DNA of 64,000 nucleotides from Ignavibacteriales bacterium (GTDB taxonomy: Bacteria > Bacteroidota > Ignavibacteria > UBA10030 > UBA6906), in NCBI GenBank assembly GCA_037441705.1, contig JBBIRR010000004.1, positions 39,241 to 103,240 on the forward strand, written 5' to 3'. Made by a program: the position numbers and the translations under genes. The first letter of the stretch is position 1; each line of letters begins with the position of its first letter. Of the stretch, positions 59,225-64,000 are shown piece after piece. The notes below the pieces were generated by a model. It saw only the letters and a program-made list of their open reading frames with translations, was not told the origin of the DNA and ran no database searches.

Positions 59225-62200
59225 ATGTCGAACGAAACCGTTATGCCACTCGAGCGCTCCTGCAAAGCGAAAAAGGATTCCGGCACCCGCCGTCGTTTTC
59301 TCAAAAGCTCTGCGTTCCTTGGCGGCAGCGCCGTGTTTCTCAGCCAGTTCGAATGGGCGCAGAACCTTTTCGCTAAAGCACAGGCGGGCACCCTCTCCCC
59401 TGCCGAGGAGTACGAGCTTTCCAAAGCAGAAAACATCCTGCGCTCCGTCTGTCTGCAATGCAACACCGGCTGCGGCATCAAAGTGAAAGTGCTCAACGGC
59501 GTAGCGGTGAAGATCGAAGGCAATCCGTACAGCCCCTGGACGTTTGTTCCGAGCCTGCCGTACACGACTCCGCTGAACGAAACGACGAAGATCAACGGCT
59601 CGCTCTGTCCGAAAGGTCAGGCAGGCATTCAAACGGCATACGATCCGTACCGGCTTGTCAAAGTGCTGAAGCGCGCCGGCAAGCGCGGCGAGAACAAGTG
59701 GAAAACGATTTCGTTCGAGCAAGCGGTCAGCGAGATCGTCACCGGCGGAAAGCTGTTCTCGCACGTCAAGGGAGAGGAGAATCGGCACGTCGAGGGACTG
59801 AAAGATTTGTACGCTCTCAGAGACCCGAAGGTCGCACAGGAGATGGCGTCGGCAATCGCTGAGATTCGAAAAAAGAAAACGCCTGAGGAGAAGAAAGCGG
59901 CCGTCGAAGAGTTCAAGAAGAAGTTTGCCGATCATCTCCACACGCTCATCGACCCGGATCATCCCGATCTCGGTCCGAAGAACAATCAGGTCAGCTTCAT
60001 CTGGGGCAGACTGAAAGCCGGACGGGCGGAGTTCATCAATCGGTTCATTAAGGAGTCGTTCGGCTCGATAAATGCGCATGGCCACACAACGGTATGTCAA
60101 GGGTCGCTCTATTTTACGGGCTACGCGATGAGCAACCAGGTCATCGAGGGCAAGTTTACGGGCGGACAGAAATTCTACTGGCAGGCAGACACGAGCAACG
60201 TGGAATTCCTTTTAGCAATCGGCTCGGCGTACATCGAAGGCGGATACGGTCCAACTCATCATGCCAAGAAGCTGATGAAGAATCTCGTCGAGAAGAAAGT
60301 GAAGATTGCCGTCGTCGACCCACGCTTCTCGAAGATCGCATCGAAAGCCTACAAGTGGGTGCCGATCAAACCGGGCACGGACGGTGCATTCGCTCTGGCA
60401 ATGATTCGCTGGATCATCGAGAACAAACGCTACGATGCGAAGTTCTTGCAGAATGCCAACCGGGCCGCAGCGAACGCCGCCGGCGAGCAGTCGTGGACGA
60501 ACGGCACGTGGTTGGTAAAAGAAGACGGCTCGTTCTTGCGTGCATCGGAGATCAACCTTGCGCCGAAAGAGAAGCGGCAGAGCAAAGACGGCAAAGAATG
60601 GGAGTTCGACGCCTTCGTCGTGATGAAGGACGGCAAGCCGGTTGCGTTCGACCCGAACGACGAGAAGAACGCCGTCACGGGCGACTTGCTCGTCAACACC
60701 GCCGTTGGCGGTATTCCTGTGAAGAGCAGTCTGCAGCTTCTCTCTGAATCCGCCGCACAGCATACGATCGAAGAGTGGGCAGAGATCTGCGGCATCAAGG
60801 CAGACGACATCATCGAGCTTGCGCGCGAGTTCACCTCGCACGGCAAAAAAGCCGTCGCCGATCCGCATCGCGGCGTCTCGCAGCACACGAACGGCTTCTA
60901 CAATGTGCTCGCAGTCTTCTCGCTCAACGCTCTCATCGGCAACTACGATTGGAAGGGCGGCATGATCAAAGTCTCCACCTACGCCATTGACGGCTCGAAG
61001 GAAGGTAATCCGTTCCCCATCGGCAAGATGCATCCGAACAAGATCTCGCCGTTCGGTATCAGCATCATTCGCCACGACGTGAAGTACGAAGAGTCCACCA
61101 TCTTTTCCGGCTATCCTGCGAAGCGCCAGTGGTATCCGTTCTCAAGCGACATCTACGAAGAAATCATTCCCTCGATGGGCGATGCATACCCGTATCCGTC
61201 GAAGATTCTCTTCTCGTACATGGCGGCAGCGCCGTATGCGCTCCCCGGCGGACACACGAACATCGAGATTCTCGTTGACGTGAACAAGATTCCGCTTTAC
61301 GTTGCGAGCGACATCACCATCGGCGAGATGTCCATGTATGCCGATTACATTTTCCCAGACCTCACGTATCTCGAGCGGTGGGAGTTTCACGGCAGTCACC
61401 CGAGCATCCCGCAGAAAGCCCAACCGGTGCGCAACCCCGTCATCGCGCCGATACCGGAAAGCGTGAAGGTTTTCGGCGAGCAACAGCCGATCTCGTTGGA
61501 GACGATGATTCTCGGCATTGCAGAGAAGTTGGGACTGCCCGGCTTCGGCAAGAATGGTCTGGGTGAAGGGATGGACCTTGTGCGGCAGGAAGATTTTTAC
61601 CTGCGGATGGTGGCGAATCTCGCCGCCGGAGACAAACCGGGCGACGAAGTGCCCGATGCGGACGAGTGGGAGTTGCAGCAATTCGAACAGGCACGCCGTC
61701 ACCTGCCGAAGACGGTGTTCGACGTCGAGCGATGGAAGAGAATCGTCGGCGAGCAGTGGTGGAAGAAAGTGGTGTACGTGCTGAATCGCGGCGGTCGTTT
61801 TCAGGATTACGAGAAGGCGTATGATGGTGAGAAGTTCAGAAACAAGTACGGACAGCTCATCAACCTGTATTTGGAGAAACACGCGCACGGCAAGTCGGCA
61901 ATTACCGGTAAGCACTACCCAGGCATTGCGACATACGTTCCGGTTGCCGACGTGATGGGCAATGAAGTGCACGACGAGCGCGAAGGCTTCGATCTGCACA
62001 TGATCACCTTCCGCGACGTTACGCAGACGAAGAGCCGGACCATCACCAACTACTGGTTGAGTGCGATTCGGCCGCAGAACTTCGTACTCGTCAACTCAGC
62101 CGATGCAAGCCGACTCGGTTTGAGTGATGGGGAGAAGGTGAAGTTTGTTTCCAAGACCAACGCCGAGGGAGTGTATGACCTCAAGAACGGTAGGAAGAAA

Positions 62201-62467
62201 CCAATGGTCGGAGAGGTGAAAGTCATCGAGGGAATTCGCCCCGGCATCATCGGTTTTTCACTGGGACACGGCCATTGGGCAAACGGCTCGTCTGATGTAG
62301 TTGTTGATGGAAAGATAATCAAAGGCGATCCACGTCGCGCCACAGGTGTTCACGCGAACGCCGCCATGCGTCTGGATGATTACTTGAAGAACACGTGCCT
62401 GCTCGATCCCGTCGGCGGAAGCGTGTCGTTCTACGATACGAAGGTGAAGCTGGTGAAGGTGGGGTGA
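59225..62467 (+). CDS. Tat-exported Mo/W-bisPGD oxidoreductase catalytic subunit, TtrA/SrdA-like (tetrathionate/selenate reductase clade)
   Basis: RBS AGGAG; TRRRFLK; CLQCNTGC...CPKG; HGHTTVCQGS (Cys ligand); ADYIFPDLTYLERWE; DPVGGSVSFYDTKV. Confidence 0.85.
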   Translation: MSNETVMPLERSCKAKKDSGTRRRFLKSSAFLGGSAVFLSQFEWAQNLFAKAQAGTLSPAEEYELSKAENILRSVCLQCNTGCGIKVKVLNGVAVKIEGNPYSPWTFVPSLPYTTPLNETTKINGSLCPKGQAGIQTAYDPYRLVKVLKRAGKRGENKWKTISFEQAVSEIVTGGKLFSHVKGEENRHVEGLKDLYALRDPKVAQEMASAIAEIRKKKTPEEKKAAVEEFKKKFADHLHTLIDPDHPDLGPKNNQVSFIWGRLKAGRAEFINRFIKESFGSINAHGHTTVCQGSLYFTGYAMSNQVIEGKFTGGQKFYWQADTSNVEFLLAIGSAYIEGGYGPTHHAKKLMKNLVEKKVKIAVVDPRFSKIASKAYKWVPIKPGTDGAFALAMIRWIIENKRYDAKFLQNANRAAANAAGEQSWTNGTWLVKEDGSFLRASEINLAPKEKRQSKDGKEWEFDAFVVMKDGKPVAFDPNDEKNAVTGDLLVNTAVGGIPVKSSLQLLSESAAQHTIEEWAEICGIKADDIIELAREFTSHGKKAVADPHRGVSQHTNGFYNVLAVFSLNALIGNYDWKGGMIKVSTYAIDGSKEGNPFPIGKMHPNKISPFGISIIRHDVKYEESTIFSGYPAKRQWYPFSSDIYEEIIPSMGDAYPYPSKILFSYMAAAPYALPGGHTNIEILVDVNKIPLYVASDITIGEMSMYADYIFPDLTYLERWEFHGSHPSIPQKAQPVRNPVIAPIPESVKVFGEQQPISLETMILGIAEKLGLPGFGKNGLGEGMDLVRQEDFYLRMVANLAAGDKPGDEVPDADEWELQQFEQARRHLPKTVFDVERWKRIVGEQWWKKVVYVLNRGGRFQDYEKAYDGEKFRNKYGQLINLYLEKHAHGKSAITGKHYPGIATYVPVADVMGNEVHDEREGFDLHMITFRDVTQTKSRTITNYWLSAIRPQNFVLVNSADASRLGLSDGEKVKFVSKTNAEGVYDLKNGRKKPMVGEVKVIEGIRPGIIGFSLGHGHWANGSSDVVVDGKIIKGDPRRATGVHANAAMRLDDYLKNTCLLDPVGGSVSFYDTKVKLVKVG

Positions 62468-62559
62468 CGCGCGGGTTCAGCAGGGGGCAGGTGTGAAGAC
62501 ATTGCAAAGTGCCGAGTTGTACGAAGGTTCACAATCCGGTTCGGTGCGATAAGCCCGTG

Positions 62560-64000
62560 TCACCTTTTCAGCTCTGCCATGATCCGGGCAATCTCTTCAC
62601 CTTTTTCCTCAATCAGCGCTAACAACTCCTCCGGCGTGCGCGTGTCTTCGTTGTTCTTGCGGTGGGGGTTGACCGCTTTGAGGTCAAAGTTTTTGGCCTC
62701 GATCTCTTGGCGCGTTACGGTCCAACTGTGCTCGCTGTCGGCGCGCTCCGGCAGCAGGCGGAAGAACTCGTCAAAGTGGGCCAGCGTCAGCGGCGTTTTC
62801 TTGCCCACCTTGATATCCGAAAGATCATAGTACCAGATCCGCTCTGTCGGCTTGCCCTTAGTGAAGAAGAGCAGGTTGGTCTTGACACCGGCGCCGGCGT
62901 TGACGAACGCGCCTGGCGGCAGGCTCACGATGCACCACAGGTCGCAGTCATCCAGCAGTTTGCGTTTGGTCTGCACAAAGGCGGTCTCGTTGGTGCGAAA
63001 GAGCACCCCTTCATCCAGCACGATGCCGCACCGGCCATCCGGCTTGAGGCTGTCTATCACGTGCTGGAGAAAAAGCACCTGCGTGGCGCTCGTCTTGTAG
63101 GCAAAGCGGGTCTGGGCGTCTTTGCCTTCCTTGCCGCCGAAGGGCGGATTCATCAGCACCACGTCGTACAGAGACGGCGCGTCCTGAAACAGCCCACCGT
63201 AGATCTCTGCGCCCGTCAAGGTGTTGCCGTGCCAGATATGCGGCTCGTCGATGCCATGCAACATCAAGTTCGCCAGGGCGATGGGATAGATGGCGTTATC
63301 CTTCTCGCGACCGTAAAAGGTGCGGCGTTTGAGGGTCTCCAATTGTTCGGGCACGGTGATATTTTGGTGTTTATCGCCGGCCATGTGTTCGTAAGCTTGC
63401 GCCAAAAAGCCGCCGGTCCCGCAACCCGGATCATAGACCGTTTCGCCTATCTTCGGGTTGATCACCCGCACCATGGCTCGGATGACCTCGCGCGGTGTGA
63501 AGAACTGGCCTCCGTCGTTGCCCTTTTCGCCCATCTTCAAGAGGAGCCCCTCGTACACCTGCGAGAGGGTAAAGACGTGCGTGGGGTCCACGGACTCGGA
63601 GCTGATCTCGTTGACCTTGTCCAGCACGTCGAGCAGGTTGCGCTCGGTGTCGATGCGCGTGCGCTCGATGCCGGAAAAGATCTCGCTGATGACCTTCTGC
63701 CGCGGCGTGGCGTTGGGGCGGTCTTTGAGGCCCTTGAGATGCGGGATCAACTCGTTGTTGACGAAACTAAAGAATGCGCCCAGGGCGCTGATTTCCATGG
63801 CTTTCCTTTTCGGCTCGTCCGGCGCGGCCCAATCGCACCAGCGATAGGGCGCTTCCAGCGATGGGATGAATTCAGCGCCCACGGCCTCGGCCGCCTCTGC
63901 CTCGTGGGCCTCGCGCTCGTCCAGGATCCGCAAGAACAAGATCCAGGTCAGTTCCGGCACGTATTGCAGCGCACCGGCGCAGTTGGAACGCCGCATAATG
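62560..64000 (-). CDS. hsdM: Type I restriction-modification M subunit (N6-adenine methyltransferase), 5' end outside the window
   Basis: GQFFTPR, YDPGCGTGGF, NPPF. Confidence 0.9.
   Translation of the reverse strand, partial: IMRRSNCAGALQYVPELTWILFLRILDEREAHEAEAAEAVGAEFIPSLEAPYRWCDWAAPDEPKRKAMEISALGAFFSFVNNELIPHLKGLKDRPNATPRQKVISEIFSGIERTRIDTERNLLDVLDKVNEISSESVDPTHVFTLSQVYEGLLLKMGEKGNDGGQFFTPREVIRAMVRVINPKIGETVYDPGCGTGGFLAQAYEHMAGDKHQNITVPEQLETLKRRTFYGREKDNAIYPIALANLMLHGIDEPHIWHGNTLTGAEIYGGLFQDAPSLYDVVLMNPPFGGKEGKDAQTRFAYKTSATQVLFLQHVIDSLKPDGRCGIVLDEGVLFRTNETAFVQTKRKLLDDCDLWCIVSLPPGAFVNAGAGVKTNLLFFTKGKPTERIWYYDLSDIKVGKKTPLTLAHFDEFFRLLPERADSEHSWTVTRQEIEAKNFDLKAVNPHRKNNEDTRTPEELLALIEEKGEEIARIMAELKR

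Noticed and set aside
59225-62467. Selenocysteine recoding in the Mo-enzyme
   Set aside because: The ORF is uninterrupted and has Cys at the predicted metal-ligand position (HTTVCQG)

Overview
Mostly chromosomal backbone of a GC-rich (roughly 55-60% by eye) Gram-negative bacterium of the wider Bacteroidota/Chlorobi/Ignavibacteria group. The evidence is T9SS C-terminal sorting domains (YPNPFNP), DUF2795, LPS genes and canonical TTGACx-N17-TAxxxT promoters. Housekeeping content includes glgB, htpX, a C-terminal protease, ybeY-smg-topA-xerC-hpf-hprK, a BamA/TamA protein, holB, metG, nadK, LPS genes, leuS, tsaC, tRNA-Ala(GGC) and tRNA-Arg(CCG). The most unusual parts are: (1) 56.2-62.5 kb, a candidate sigma54-driven operon of porin + Fe-S subunit + TtrA/SrdA-type molybdoenzyme. 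Its Fe-S subunit has lost exactly the four Cys ligands of the quinone-proximal cluster and ends in CxxCH. No membrane-anchor gene is present; a long nested-stem non-coding element and REP-like palindromes fill the gap. (2) An intact tyrosine-recombinase homolog with three catalytic residues replaced, directly upstream of leuS. (3) An exported hydrazine-synthase-alpha-like heme protein next to two T9SS cargo proteins. (4) An Rsb-type partner-switching module with no adjacent sigma factor. (5) An hsdM gene with no downstream hsdS. An Illumina adapter sequence embedded in a CDS at 10483 indicates a local assembly artefact. All family assignments come from motif recognition, not database searches.
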